Position numbers and translations under genes: made by a program. Positions 37,666 through 46,957 of a stretch of 64,000 nucleotides of DNA are shown piece by piece (the stretch's first letter is position 1; each line of letters starts with the position of its first letter). Location: IMG/VR virus record IMGVR_UViG_3300030330_004701, positions 80,966-144,965 of that record. The stretch is one strand, 5' to 3'. This stretch comes from a virus. Its lineage: Duplodnaviria; Caudoviricetes. Under the pieces are notes generated by a model, which worked only from the letters and a program-made list of their open reading frames with translations, did not search any database and was not told where the DNA came from.

Positions 37666-38706
37666 TTATTCCAAGCCTTTTATGAACTTTTCAGCAGAGT
37701 TCTTCCAAGAAAATTCTTTTGCGGTATATATACCGTCAATATTAGATTGTAATGATCCGTTCTGTTTCTGTCTGTGAACAAGTCTCATCTCCTCTACTAT
37801 TTGCTCAAGTTGACGTTTTCCAAGAGATGCCCACATTCCCTGACCATGAAACCAAACACCATCTTGAGCCGGCTCTAAATTATCTATCGAAATAAGATTA
37901 CAATTTTTTTCATTGCAAAACTCAGTGTGAGCAGAGTACTCAGTGGCGATGACATGTTTTCCGCAGGCCATCATTTCTAGCAACTCTAGATTCCAACCCT
38001 CAGCTCTCGCCGGAAATATGCCACAGTCGGCCTGCTTCATAATATTGTAGACATCTGTATGCGTGTTCTGTCTTGGGATAATTCTAATCTTGTCGCCTAA
38101 AGGAGAATCTTTATAAAGTCTTTCCCATTGTCCCTGCTGTTCAGGAGAGTAAAACGGATTGTGACACATCATCCACAACTCAACATCGTCAGAATGATCG
38201 AAGGCAGCATTGAAACAATTTACCAGTACATCATGACCCTTTCTGACTTCCCATTTGCCACAGTTAAAGAATACTGTTTTTGGTCTAGTAGAATCGTGAG
38301 GTTTGAAGATTTCTGTGTCTACCCCAAGAGGGACTACTCTAGTTTCAACGCCAGTTTGTTGTTCTACTATTTCCTTTGCCCATTTTGAGCAAGTAAAAAT
38401 TCTGTCATTATATTTGATACTTTGTTTTTCCAGCTTATTGAATCTTTCAAGCTCAAATATAGGAAAGCCAACGTGCATACCTTTACCAATATGTCCGTGT
38501 AGTTCATGTTGATGCCAGATCTTTACAGATGGTGTTTTCTCATGTGTCGCAGACATGGTTATGTTGCTGATAAACGGATCATTTATTTCGGGTTGGCCTA
38601 TTGGGATATAGTTTATATTCTGACCTAAAACCAACAAACTCTTAATAATATTGTAGCTTGCAACGCCATAACCAAGACTGTTGATTGGTGCTGTTACATT
38701 AATCAT
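37666..38706 (-). CDS. Glycosyltransferase family 4-like
   Basis: LGYG, VPLGVD, GKWEVRKGHD, RAEGWNLELLEMMACG. Confidence 0.85.
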   Translation of the reverse strand: MINVTAPINSLGYGVASYNIIKSLLVLGQNINYIPIGQPEINDPFISNITMSATHEKTPSVKIWHQHELHGHIGKGMHVGFPIFELERFNKLEKQSIKYNDRIFTCSKWAKEIVEQQTGVETRVVPLGVDTEIFKPHDSTRPKTVFFNCGKWEVRKGHDVLVNCFNAAFDHSDDVELWMMCHNPFYSPEQQGQWERLYKDSPLGDKIRIIPRQNTHTDVYNIMKQADCGIFPARAEGWNLELLEMMACGKHVIATEYSAHTEFCNEKNCNLISIDNLEPAQDGVWFHGQGMWASLGKRQLEQIVEEMRLVHRQKQNGSLQSNIDGIYTAKEFSWKNSAEKFIKGLE

Positions 38707-41137
38707 TTTGACCTCTAGCTATTTTGTAATAATGGTAAACATTTCCAAGATCAACCTTAGTGCCATCAAAAATATCGTTATCCAAAACATTTAAAAAGTC
38801 TTTGTGTAGTATATTGTCTTCCATCCACACAGCATGATCTTCAAAGACTTCACGTTTCCAAGTTCCCCAATCTGTTATAATTGAAAAATTCATCTTGTCA
38901 ACACCATCTAATGAATTGGCTAACTCAACGCATGCAGGCATCTCTTTGTAGTTATTCTTCTGTACTACCGAGTCGATCCTAAGTATATTAATTTTACCCT
39001 CAACTCTCAGTCTTGACAACATCTCTATGTTCTTCATTAGTAAGTCCCAATCGCCGCCTACACGTATCTTATCATAAGTTTCTTTAGTGGCAGCGTCAAT
39101 AGATACAATTACCTGATTAATGTTTTCATGACACTTGTGCAACATGTTCCACATTTTTTCAGTTAGCATAACTCCATTTGTTTGTAGGTTTATCATTATC
39201 TCTGGGTGCTGTTTGCCATCAAAATTTATCAAGAAGTCCCTAAAAACTTTTGAGCCGAACGGATCACCAGAGCCAGTGATGTTTAGCGAAGTATGACCTT
39301 TTGGCTGCTCGTTTAAAACAAAGTCCATTATCTTGTTTTGTATAGCAACAGCATCATCATATTTCTTTCCCGAAGTATGCAGTATTGAACTTATTCTACA
39401 GCTGGGGCATTTTAGATTGCAAGAATCGTCCCACAAAAAGTTGACATGTTTAATGCTATCCATGTCAGTAATATTGTTTTCGATTATGTGTTTATGTCTT
39501 TTTTGTGTGACATCTTGTCTTTTAGGCAGCGCATCAACATTTTGTAATCTTGGGCATGTCTTCTTGTTGCAATAACTGAAAGAGCCATCTAAAATCGAAG
39601 CTCTAATATTCTTTGCTTTATCAGAATTGAGTATCTCTGTTATTGATGACTCATGTATATTTCCGATACTTTCATCCATCCAATAGGAACAGCAGGTTCT
39701 AACATTCCCATGTTCATCAACTTCAAAATTATCAAAGGGTTGTTCGCAGAAAAGCGCTGAAGTATCTACGATTGGAAGAGAGCTATTATCAGCATCTTCG
39801 TATATGTCACTTATTTTAGTTTTTTTTTGATCGTTGAATGGATCATAAGTTTCAAAATCAACCCATTCATCTCCATTCCATATGATATTTAGCCTGTCAG
39901 TTATGACCACATCAGTTCCATACATTGTTTGTATAGAATTACAATCTATGAAGTGAAGCTTGCTATCATAAAAAACTTCTTTGTATCCATACTTTTGAAG
40001 GTTATCATCTAATTGTGATATATCTACGTTATTTAAAAGATTGAACAGTCCGCCCAAGTTGACATGCATTAATTGTGAATTGTGTGCCAGATGCGCCCTG
40101 ACATGTTTATTCAATTCAGGGTCAAAAACAATATCAAGCAGCTCTTGGTGTCTTGGATGTTTCTTCTCTTGAACTGCTCGGTAAAACCAAGTTTCAAAGA
40201 AGTCTGCTGAATTTACTAGGAAGTCAGGCTCATAGGTTTGAAACTGAACGCATTTCACATCATACTTTTTACAAAGATCTACAAACTGTAGCACTTCAGA
40301 AAGATTGTCATTCTGCACAACAAAACTTGTATTAAAAGTCAATATCTGACCAGTCGCCTGAAGGTGCTGCGCAAATTCCAAATTTTCTAAAAGCATATTC
40401 CAATCGCCGCCCTTTCTGACAATCTTATATGTTTCTTCGGTTGCAGCATCAATTGATATAGAAATGTGCTTTATCTTTTCTTTTGAATAGTCACTTAAAG
40501 AGTCCCAATACTTCTTCATTAGAAGTCCATTTGTCAATATTTGAATTGCCTCTAGGTTTGGAGCGTCTTCTTCTTTTAGTGTGCGGAGAAGATCTCTAAA
40601 TACAGGACTAGCAAAAGCATCTCCAGAACCTGTAATACAAAAAGATTTTGCATTATGGAAGGCTTCTTTTTTTAACTTATCTTGTATATTTAGAATCTGT
40701 TCGCGCTTTTTGCCAGACTCCATAATTAGCTCTAGTCTACAGGAGGGGCATTCAAGATTACAGGATCTATCGTATCCAAAGTTTATATCTAGCGGTGTGT
40801 GATCTAGCTTTGTTTTGCCTTCAACGATGTCGTCATGTATAAGATTCCAACCTCTATCACTGTTAGTATTTCCTATCTGATAGAGAGTCTGAACACAGTG
40901 AGTCTTTGTTTCTAAGTGCGGACATACCTCTCTGTTGCAATACCTGTAGGAACCATCAAGAATTGATCTTCTCAGCTCTTGAGCCTTTTCACTGTTCCAT
41001 ACTTCTTCTACTGACTTGTCTTTTATGTTGCCAATTTCATAATTATTGATCCAAGACGGACAGCAGCAACTAACTCTACCGTCGTCGTACACCTCAAAAA
41101 ATTCAAAGGGTCTTGTGCAATAATATTTTTCACTCAT
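38699..41137 (-). CDS. Tandem SPASM/twitch + radical SAM double-module protein
   Basis: Two copies each of CxxPF..DG/HG.V..CC...IGNI...WNS/LNS and CNLxCPSC (CxxxCxxC), ITGSGD, TNG, SIDAATxETY. Confidence 0.85.
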   Translation of the reverse strand: MSEKYYCTRPFEFFEVYDDGRVSCCCPSWINNYEIGNIKDKSVEEVWNSEKAQELRRSILDGSYRYCNREVCPHLETKTHCVQTLYQIGNTNSDRGWNLIHDDIVEGKTKLDHTPLDINFGYDRSCNLECPSCRLELIMESGKKREQILNIQDKLKKEAFHNAKSFCITGSGDAFASPVFRDLLRTLKEEDAPNLEAIQILTNGLLMKKYWDSLSDYSKEKIKHISISIDAATEETYKIVRKGGDWNMLLENLEFAQHLQATGQILTFNTSFVVQNDNLSEVLQFVDLCKKYDVKCVQFQTYEPDFLVNSADFFETWFYRAVQEKKHPRHQELLDIVFDPELNKHVRAHLAHNSQLMHVNLGGLFNLLNNVDISQLDDNLQKYGYKEVFYDSKLHFIDCNSIQTMYGTDVVITDRLNIIWNGDEWVDFETYDPFNDQKKTKISDIYEDADNSSLPIVDTSALFCEQPFDNFEVDEHGNVRTCCSYWMDESIGNIHESSITEILNSDKAKNIRASILDGSFSYCNKKTCPRLQNVDALPKRQDVTQKRHKHIIENNITDMDSIKHVNFLWDDSCNLKCPSCRISSILHTSGKKYDDAVAIQNKIMDFVLNEQPKGHTSLNITGSGDPFGSKVFRDFLINFDGKQHPEIMINLQTNGVMLTEKMWNMLHKCHENINQVIVSIDAATKETYDKIRVGGDWDLLMKNIEMLSRLRVEGKINILRIDSVVQKNNYKEMPACVELANSLDGVDKMNFSIITDWGTWKREVFEDHAVWMEDNILHKDFLNVLDNDIFDGTKVDLGNVYHYYKIARGQND

Positions 41138-41727
41138 TTTTCATAACCAAAATTAACAAAGTCATATTTATACATGCTATATATTATATCTTTGGACTGC
41201 TCATCGTACACATCCAAATAGTTAGGTTTGTTTGATTTATTATAATGGAAGGGCATCTGTATTTCAAGTTCTTTTTCTAACTTTTGCAGATTTTCATATC
41301 TGTATATTTTGATGTCTTCAAAAGGCTCATAAAAAAAATTACATACCCAGTTTGACTGAGGTAAAAAGTGGCACGTAGTCTTCATATTTGTATCGTATGT
41401 ATCTACAACTTGACATGGAGGTGGTTGCTGAAATGATAAATAGTTTATAACAAATTCGTTAAAGTCTGCAAACTGCTTTACCTGCTTTGAAAATTCTATA
41501 TCTTCAGGATAATAAAGGTTATTATTGACAATAAACCAGTATGCCGAAAAAATTCTGTCGTAAGGATTTCTACAAACACAAAACTTTTGATAGTCTGACT
41601 CTGAGAAATCAGTATAGGCTTTGTGATGATAAGTAGGATATTTCGTTTCCTGAAGCGCAGCGGAAATTGACAGCGACGCATTTTTTGGTATTGCTATAAA
41701 AGCGAGTTGTCTTTTATGGTCTAGCAT
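41134..41727 (-). CDS. Sulfotransferase (Sulfotransfer_2-like)
   Basis: IPKNASLS 5'-PAPS loop; RNPYDRIFSAY 3'-PAPS motif; HFLPQ; YKYDFVNFGY. Confidence 0.8.
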   Translation of the reverse strand: MLDHKRQLAFIAIPKNASLSISAALQETKYPTYHHKAYTDFSESDYQKFCVCRNPYDRIFSAYWFIVNNNLYYPEDIEFSKQVKQFADFNEFVINYLSFQQPPPCQVVDTYDTNMKTTCHFLPQSNWVCNFFYEPFEDIKIYRYENLQKLEKELEIQMPFHYNKSNKPNYLDVYDEQSKDIIYSMYKYDFVNFGYEK

Positions 41728-42686
41728 AATATGTTTTCTAGTTTTGTAGTCAGGTCATTAGCAAAGTAACTCCCATTAATCCATCGCTTGTCCATGTTTT
41801 TGAAGTACTCGTGAGCTGCGAATATCTTATCAAAATCACAGACTAATTCATAGGCATGATCCAAACTATCAAAATACAGAGGGTAATCTTCACCGCAGTA
41901 TTCTACCACTGCTGGATGCCTGTTCACCAGAAGTGGAGTGTTTCTAGCAATACATTCAATCACAGCATTATTGGCAGATGAATCGTACAGGTCAAGAAAT
42001 GCAACACAACTTGTTAGCATGTCATCAAACTCTTCATTGCTAACCCGTTGAAGCATCTCAACTCCAGACCATCTAGACTTATTTGCAAATGGATGTTTCA
42101 AACTTCTTTTTTCTACATCTAATAATTTATTTGCATAATCATAGTCACTAGGTAGCCACTTCTTAAAAAATGGATACGGAACATTCACCTCACATATGGA
42201 AAACATTCTACGTAGCCAATATCCTATTTGTAATAAAATCGGCCTTTCCTTATGTAGAAACTTTTCCGGCTCCCATTTTGCTATATTTGTAGCGGTAGGA
42301 TGTTTAACTGTTATAACTGGGACATCACATTTGTCTCTAACCCACTCCGCAAGATATTCAGAAAGACATACCAGCGCACGACATCTTTCAAGTGACTTCC
42401 GAAAGACATCTCTAGTGAAGATAGCGTCTGGGCTATTATATGTATCAAACCAGTCAGGAGGGTTCGGTGGATTATGGACAAACCCTATCCAATCTCTAGT
42501 ATAAGGAATTTTTGAATTTTTGCTATCATAGTAATCTTCCATCTTCCAAGAAAATCTATCTTCTATAAAACCATCTACATAGATTCCATGCTTAGAATGA
42601 AATGGCAGTAAGGAACTTATGCAATACTTCCACCCACTTCTATGAATACCAAAACCGCCACAACCTGAAATATCTAAAGAAATCAT
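41721..42686 (-). CDS. Glycosyltransferase-like protein
   Basis: HRSGW; LYDSSANNAVIECIARNTP resembles a GT-B C-terminal motif. Confidence 0.5.
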   Translation of the reverse strand: MISLDISGCGGFGIHRSGWKYCISSLLPFHSKHGIYVDGFIEDRFSWKMEDYYDSKNSKIPYTRDWIGFVHNPPNPPDWFDTYNSPDAIFTRDVFRKSLERCRALVCLSEYLAEWVRDKCDVPVITVKHPTATNIAKWEPEKFLHKERPILLQIGYWLRRMFSICEVNVPYPFFKKWLPSDYDYANKLLDVEKRSLKHPFANKSRWSGVEMLQRVSNEEFDDMLTSCVAFLDLYDSSANNAVIECIARNTPLLVNRHPAVVEYCGEDYPLYFDSLDHAYELVCDFDKIFAAHEYFKNMDKRWINGSYFANDLTTKLENILC

Positions 42687-43528
42687 TACAGCTTAATTCC
42701 AGATAAACCTTCAAACAGACCTGATTGGTAAGAACATTTTATCATAGCTAACTTCTCTGCAAAAATCTTGCTTTGTTCTGTGCCGTCGCTTAGCGTAAAA
42801 GTTAGCCTACCTAAAACCTTGTGGTCAAGAGATTCTGGGGTCTCAACAAACTGTTTCCAAATTCTTTCAAAGTGTGGCATCTTTTTGAAGTTTATATTTA
42901 ACGCAGCCAAAAAACCTTGTTGGTGAAAGTAATCAGAAATTGATTTCAATGATAAGTCTTGTTCGGAAAGCTCCACTGATGTGGATAAAAAGCTACAGTG
43001 AATTATTTTTCCTAAATTAGATGACGAAAGAACAAAACCTCTGTCATCCACTATGAACCCTTTACTGTATTGTATCGGCGCTATTCCTCCATTTTGGTTG
43101 TACACTGTAGAATTTATAGCTATATTGTAAGACGGAGGAAAATTGTCAGGCTCAGCTGTTATATCACATACTAAGTTTTTACCATATTTGCTAAGATGAT
43201 ATGAGTGGCAGTACTTTGTTATGCTTTTTGTAAAAGAGTCTTTGGATACTAGAGAATATTTTGGTGAAATGTCTCCACATAAAATTGAAAAATCTTTTAC
43301 AAGGGATGCCAAACATAAAAGATCAGTTATGTATGTTTTAGATATGGAAGCATTTTCTAATAAAACTATAGTTATAGAAGAGTCGCTCGATGTGGGTAGA
43401 TTTGTAGACTCATATTTTTTTATTGAATAAGATAGTCCATTGTTTTCTAGTTGCTTTTTTAAGGCTAGCTCTAAGGTTGATTCTTTATCGCTGTTACCTT
43501 TGACTAAAAAAACATTAATATCTTTCAT
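42686..43528 (-). CDS. Hypothetical protein, possibly degenerate GT-A fold
   Basis: AT-rich ORF; weak GT2-like features. Confidence 0.4.
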   Translation of the reverse strand: MKDINVFLVKGNSDKESTLELALKKQLENNGLSYSIKKYESTNLPTSSDSSITIVLLENASISKTYITDLLCLASLVKDFSILCGDISPKYSLVSKDSFTKSITKYCHSYHLSKYGKNLVCDITAEPDNFPPSYNIAINSTVYNQNGGIAPIQYSKGFIVDDRGFVLSSSNLGKIIHCSFLSTSVELSEQDLSLKSISDYFHQQGFLAALNINFKKMPHFERIWKQFVETPESLDHKVLGRLTFTLSDGTEQSKIFAEKLAMIKCSYQSGLFEGLSGIKL

Positions 43529-43540
43529 ATGCTTTCTCTC

Positions 43541-43584
43541 AAAAAAATGCGCCACCTTAACTATAGGGGAAATTAAGATGGCGC
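43541..43584 (-). terminator. Intrinsic terminator downstream of the tmRNA/GT11 unit
   Basis: GCGCCATCTTAA...TTAAGGTGGCGC followed by ATTTTTTT. Confidence 0.75.
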
Positions 43585-43666
43585 TAAAGTGAGGATACTG
43601 CTGGGGGAGCAATATCCAAAACAAATTCAGGAACCAATATACTATAACTTTGTCTGTCAGAAACCG

Positions 43667-43721
43667 CCCAAAAAAAATCCAACGCCCAAAAAACCATTGT
43701 CAGCTTAGTTGCGGTAGTACA
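43667..43721. repeat. Direct repeat copy 1 (about 55 bp)
   Basis: 27-bp core aaaaaccattgtcagcttagttgcggt identical to 44448-44474; flanks similar. Confidence 0.9.
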
Positions 43722-44418
43722 GACAAGTCCAGCCAGTAGGTTCGTAAAATGTTGGATCGTGCCACGTTTTATCCTCATAAAACGCTGGATATATAATATT
43801 ATCACTTGAACCTAAAACACCAATAAACCAACTGTATGTACCTTGACTGAGTATCTTATTAGTGAATCTAGAACCAAATTTCAAAGTCTCTTCTCTTCCA
43901 CCTTCGTATATTTCAAAATCAAACTCTCTAGCAAAAGACCTTACAGTTTTAGAGTGAAGTTCAGAAGATGTAACGTATCTTTTTATGTTTTTGTAGTTAG
44001 GTATTTGTTGCAATGCTAAGTCGTAGTAATCTCGATCCTGTCTGTATCTCTGATCTAGATCTCCTAGTCTCATATGTACAAAAACACCGTCTATTGGCTC
44101 CTGTTCTATGACTTCATCTCTAAACACAAGATGTAAATTTTCTGTAATCAGCTTAGCTGTTCCGCTACACTGTAGATATTCAGTGTTCTTACATCCTAAC
44201 TCTAGAATTTCTTCTGGGATAGGCTGCCGTTCAGAGGTAGGAGCATCAACTATGTCTAGTTTTTCTTCGTCTAAGAACTCAAATAAGTAGGGTAAATAGT
44301 CTTGGCCGTACTTGCAAAAGGATATTGGCCTATTATGTTTTACAGAAAGTATTGAATAAGCGGTACAGGATACCAATTTGTTACAAAATAATCCTGCATT
44401 AACTGGAACTACAAACAT
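43705..44418 (-). CDS. Alpha-1,2-fucosyltransferase-like glycosyltransferase (GT11)
   Basis: VFVHMRLGD (HxRxGD), YYDLAL, GTYSWF. Confidence 0.7.
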   Translation of the reverse strand: MFVVPVNAGLFCNKLVSCTAYSILSVKHNRPISFCKYGQDYLPYLFEFLDEEKLDIVDAPTSERQPIPEEILELGCKNTEYLQCSGTAKLITENLHLVFRDEVIEQEPIDGVFVHMRLGDLDQRYRQDRDYYDLALQQIPNYKNIKRYVTSSELHSKTVRSFAREFDFEIYEGGREETLKFGSRFTNKILSQGTYSWFIGVLGSSDNIIYPAFYEDKTWHDPTFYEPTGWTCLYYRN

Positions 44419-44424
44419 GATTTT

Positions 44425-44480
44425 CCCAAAACAAAATCCAAGCTCCCAAAAACCATTGTCAGCTTAGTTGCGGTTGTACA
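44425..44480. repeat. Direct repeat copy 2, immediately 3' of tmRNA
   Basis: Matches 43667-43721. Confidence 0.9.
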
Positions 44481-44484
44481 AAAG

Positions 44485-44824
44485 TGGAGGTGGCGGGATT
44501 TGAACCCGCGTGCCACATAATATTATTATTAACTTCTACATGTTTAGTATAATTATTATCGCCTACTATACTAGGCTATCCGAGTTATCGGAGTCAAACA
44601 AATTATTGTTATCATATATATTTAGTTCAAGTATATAAACTCTACCAGAGTTATCTGCGTCATCACTATTTGGTTTGCGGGGCTGTGATACCCGTGCCGC
44701 TAGGCGGCGAGTGCGAAATTCTCTTCTACACTTAAAAAAATTAGAACGATTTTTTAAGTAGCCATTCGTTCAACTACTACATGCGATCAATAACTTTATT
44801 ACTGGTCGATTCCAATTCACCCCC
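44485..44824 (-). ncRNA. ssrA: tmRNA (transfer-messenger RNA), tag (A)VEENFALAA
   Basis: 5' GGGGGTGAATTGGAATCGAC; 3' GCGGGTTCAAATCCCGCCACCTCCA; acceptor stem with G3:U70; GTA GAA GAG AAT TTC GCA CTC GCC GCC TAA after TTAAGT; CCA not encoded. Confidence 0.93.
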
Positions 44825-44829
44825 TAAAA

Positions 44830-45039
44830 TTATTCAGTTTCTCTTTTTAACTTTTCATAATAGACTTCTTCACTAGCCATAGAAATCAAATCGCCATCAA
44901 TAGCGGCTCTAGACTGATTAATACAGACAGCAAGCCTCTGTTTATTATCTGGATATTCTTCTTTCATCTTATCGCTAGACATGCAGCGAGGCATAAAATC
45001 CTTAGCTGATTCATCATCGTTTCTACTTGGTAGTGGCAT
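44830..45039 (-). CDS. Conserved small phage protein
   Basis: MPLP...FMPRCM...EYPD..QRLAVC motif recalled from marine phages. Confidence 0.6.
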   Translation of the reverse strand: MPLPSRNDDESAKDFMPRCMSSDKMKEEYPDNKQRLAVCINQSRAAIDGDLISMASEEVYYEKLKRETE

Positions 45040-45763
45040 TGTCTTCTCCTATTTTTATATCTGGAAACATATCATATTTTACATCTTCAAATATTGCTGA
45101 AGCAATAACCATTGAAGCGTCATTGTCTGAAGGGTAGTGTACTCCCTGTAGCATCCTAGCTTCTCCAGCTAGATTGGCAATACGATAAAAGTCGGAAGTA
45201 TAATCTGGATACATTGTACTCAGCATCGCAGCGGAAAACGCCGCATAAGCCGTATGACCAGATGGATAAGCTGGAGTATGATGTGTCTGAGTTTTAGTAA
45301 CTTTGATATTAAAACCTAGCTTTCCAGCAATGTCATAAGGTCTTGGTCTTAAAAACTTATGTTTAAGTTGCAAGATTACAGGGTCTAAACTATTCTTATA
45401 ATACTCATCAAACTTCTCTTTTGGGAACTTCAGGCCATGTATTTTAAGCACTGGCATGAAGAGGTTATTAGGATCATCATCGACCATCTTTATAAGGTCT
45501 AGTTGCCTCTCTGAGAGGTTAGACGTTATCTTAGATAGGTACTCTAATTCTTTTCTTGTAACGTCACTAGAGTTCGCTGGAGGCTCTGGTAGTAGATTCA
45601 TGTAGTCAATGCTTACGCCTTTAGGTTTCATCTCCAAGACTTTTTTATCTTTGTCCGATAAAGGTAGGGGATTGATATAATAGGTCTTGTCAAGGATTCC
45701 ATCATTTATGACCTTGTTCATATCTTTGATAATATTATTTTTAGATGTCATGCTCGTACTCAC
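45023..45763 (-). CDS. PAP2 / acid phosphatase (haloperoxidase superfamily)
   Basis: KxxxxRPRP, YPSGH, ARxxxGVHYPSD. Confidence 0.8.
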   Translation of the reverse strand: MSTSMTSKNNIIKDMNKVINDGILDKTYYINPLPLSDKDKKVLEMKPKGVSIDYMNLLPEPPANSSDVTRKELEYLSKITSNLSERQLDLIKMVDDDPNNLFMPVLKIHGLKFPKEKFDEYYKNSLDPVILQLKHKFLRPRPYDIAGKLGFNIKVTKTQTHHTPAYPSGHTAYAAFSAAMLSTMYPDYTSDFYRIANLAGEARMLQGVHYPSDNDASMVIASAIFEDVKYDMFPDIKIGEDNATTK

Positions 45764-45911
45764 TCAAGATTTCACTATTAGTATTATATCCACAGATTGG
45801 ACATTCAAAGACATAAATTCTTCCTGTGGGCTTTTCTAGTATATCTATTAATACACAATCTTCAGTATCTATCTCGTCCTGACAACAGGAACAAAAAAAG
45901 AAATTAACCAT
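45741..45911 (-). CDS. Small zinc-finger protein
   Basis: CSCC...CPICG. Confidence 0.45.
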   Translation of the reverse strand: MVNFFFCSCCQDEIDTEDCVLIDILEKPTGRIYVFECPICGYNTNSEILSEYEHDI

Positions 45912-46449
45912 AAACCTTCTCCCAGTCAAAGAATCTCCATCTATTTAAGTGTTTTGCGTCTTCATCTTCATTAACGTGATTCAAATATTCAAGCACTTCG
46001 CTCCAGTTGGAAAACACCATCTCATGAGGAATCACACCAAATAACCAGTTTGGCAGGTTCTGTTTGCCCTGCTGACACATTACGATTACAGGCTTTTTCT
46101 GGCTGATTGCTACAGCGGCTTCATGATATGAGCCACACAGGTGAGCATCTACATCAATGCTCATCACTATGAAGTGGGCAATATCAACCATTCTAAGGTC
46201 TACGGCACAGATTGGTTTCATATATTCGGTAAGCTCATCGTACTTCTGCGCGCGTTTTAGATTGTTTAATATATCTCTAGTCTCTTCGTTCTCCAGAGCA
46301 TAATCGCTTGGCTTGTCGCATGGATTCAAAACACCAATTCCAAGCTCTTGAAGTTTAGGAGTAATATTACCTCTCCATCCAACGCCTCCATCTTGGACAC
46401 GATCCATAGCTCCGCACAAGTAACATAAAGAGTTTTTCAATCTATTCAT
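45904..46449 (-). CDS. Nucleoside 2-deoxyribosyltransferase-like protein
   Basis: YLCGAM, WR, LNP, DL..VD, GSYHE (catalytic Glu position). Confidence 0.65.
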   Translation of the reverse strand: MNRLKNSLCYLCGAMDRVQDGGVGWRGNITPKLQELGIGVLNPCDKPSDYALENEETRDILNNLKRAQKYDELTEYMKPICAVDLRMVDIAHFIVMSIDVDAHLCGSYHEAAVAISQKKPVIVMCQQGKQNLPNWLFGVIPHEMVFSNWSEVLEYLNHVNEDEDAKHLNRWRFFDWEKVYG

Positions 46450-46956
46450 CTAAGCACCCCTAATAAAATCCTGAATTAAATCATCCGCACTAATATACAT
46501 TTTATCTTTACACAAATCTCTGATTTTATCTTTAAGTTCTGTTGGTTTGTAGCCAAGAGGCTTGAGTGCCTGATGAGCTTCTCTGATTATTTCTCTGCTA
46601 GTTGTGGCAATGCCAGACTGCTGAGGCTCAGTTTCGCTAAACACATGTTTAGTAACCCAGTCTCTAGCTCCTTTATCTCCCTGCATAGCCTTTGCCATAG
46701 CTGATTCAACAACCATATTCCACTGCTGTTCCCTATTTAGTACGGGTTGATGTTGTACTGGTTGCAACTGTTGAGATAGTTCAGACTCATGGACAATAAA
46801 AAAATCATCAAGAGTTGCTGGCTGCTGTTGCTCAATGTATACATGTTGACGTTTGCGTGTAAATAATCTGGCAAAGTTCACCAATATGAAAGGAGCAAAA
46901 AATAAGCCCACCAACACAAGAATAAACACATCATTATAAGCTCCTGTATGTGTCAT
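46450..46956 (-). CDS. Membrane protein, possibly with a RuvA-C-like C-terminal helical motif
   Basis: N-terminal TM; EAHQALKPLGYKPTE. Confidence 0.4.
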   Translation of the reverse strand: MTHTGAYNDVFILVLVGLFFAPFILVNFARLFTRKRQHVYIEQQQPATLDDFFIVHESELSQQLQPVQHQPVLNREQQWNMVVESAMAKAMQGDKGARDWVTKHVFSETEPQQSGIATTSREIIREAHQALKPLGYKPTELKDKIRDLCKDKMYISADDLIQDFIRGA

Positions 46957-46957
46957 T

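Noticed and set aside
43667-44480. Direct repeats as a CRISPR mini-array or integron attC sites
   Set aside because: Only two copies about 760 bp apart; no RYYYAAC/GTTRRRY core pair, palindromic attC structure or integrase
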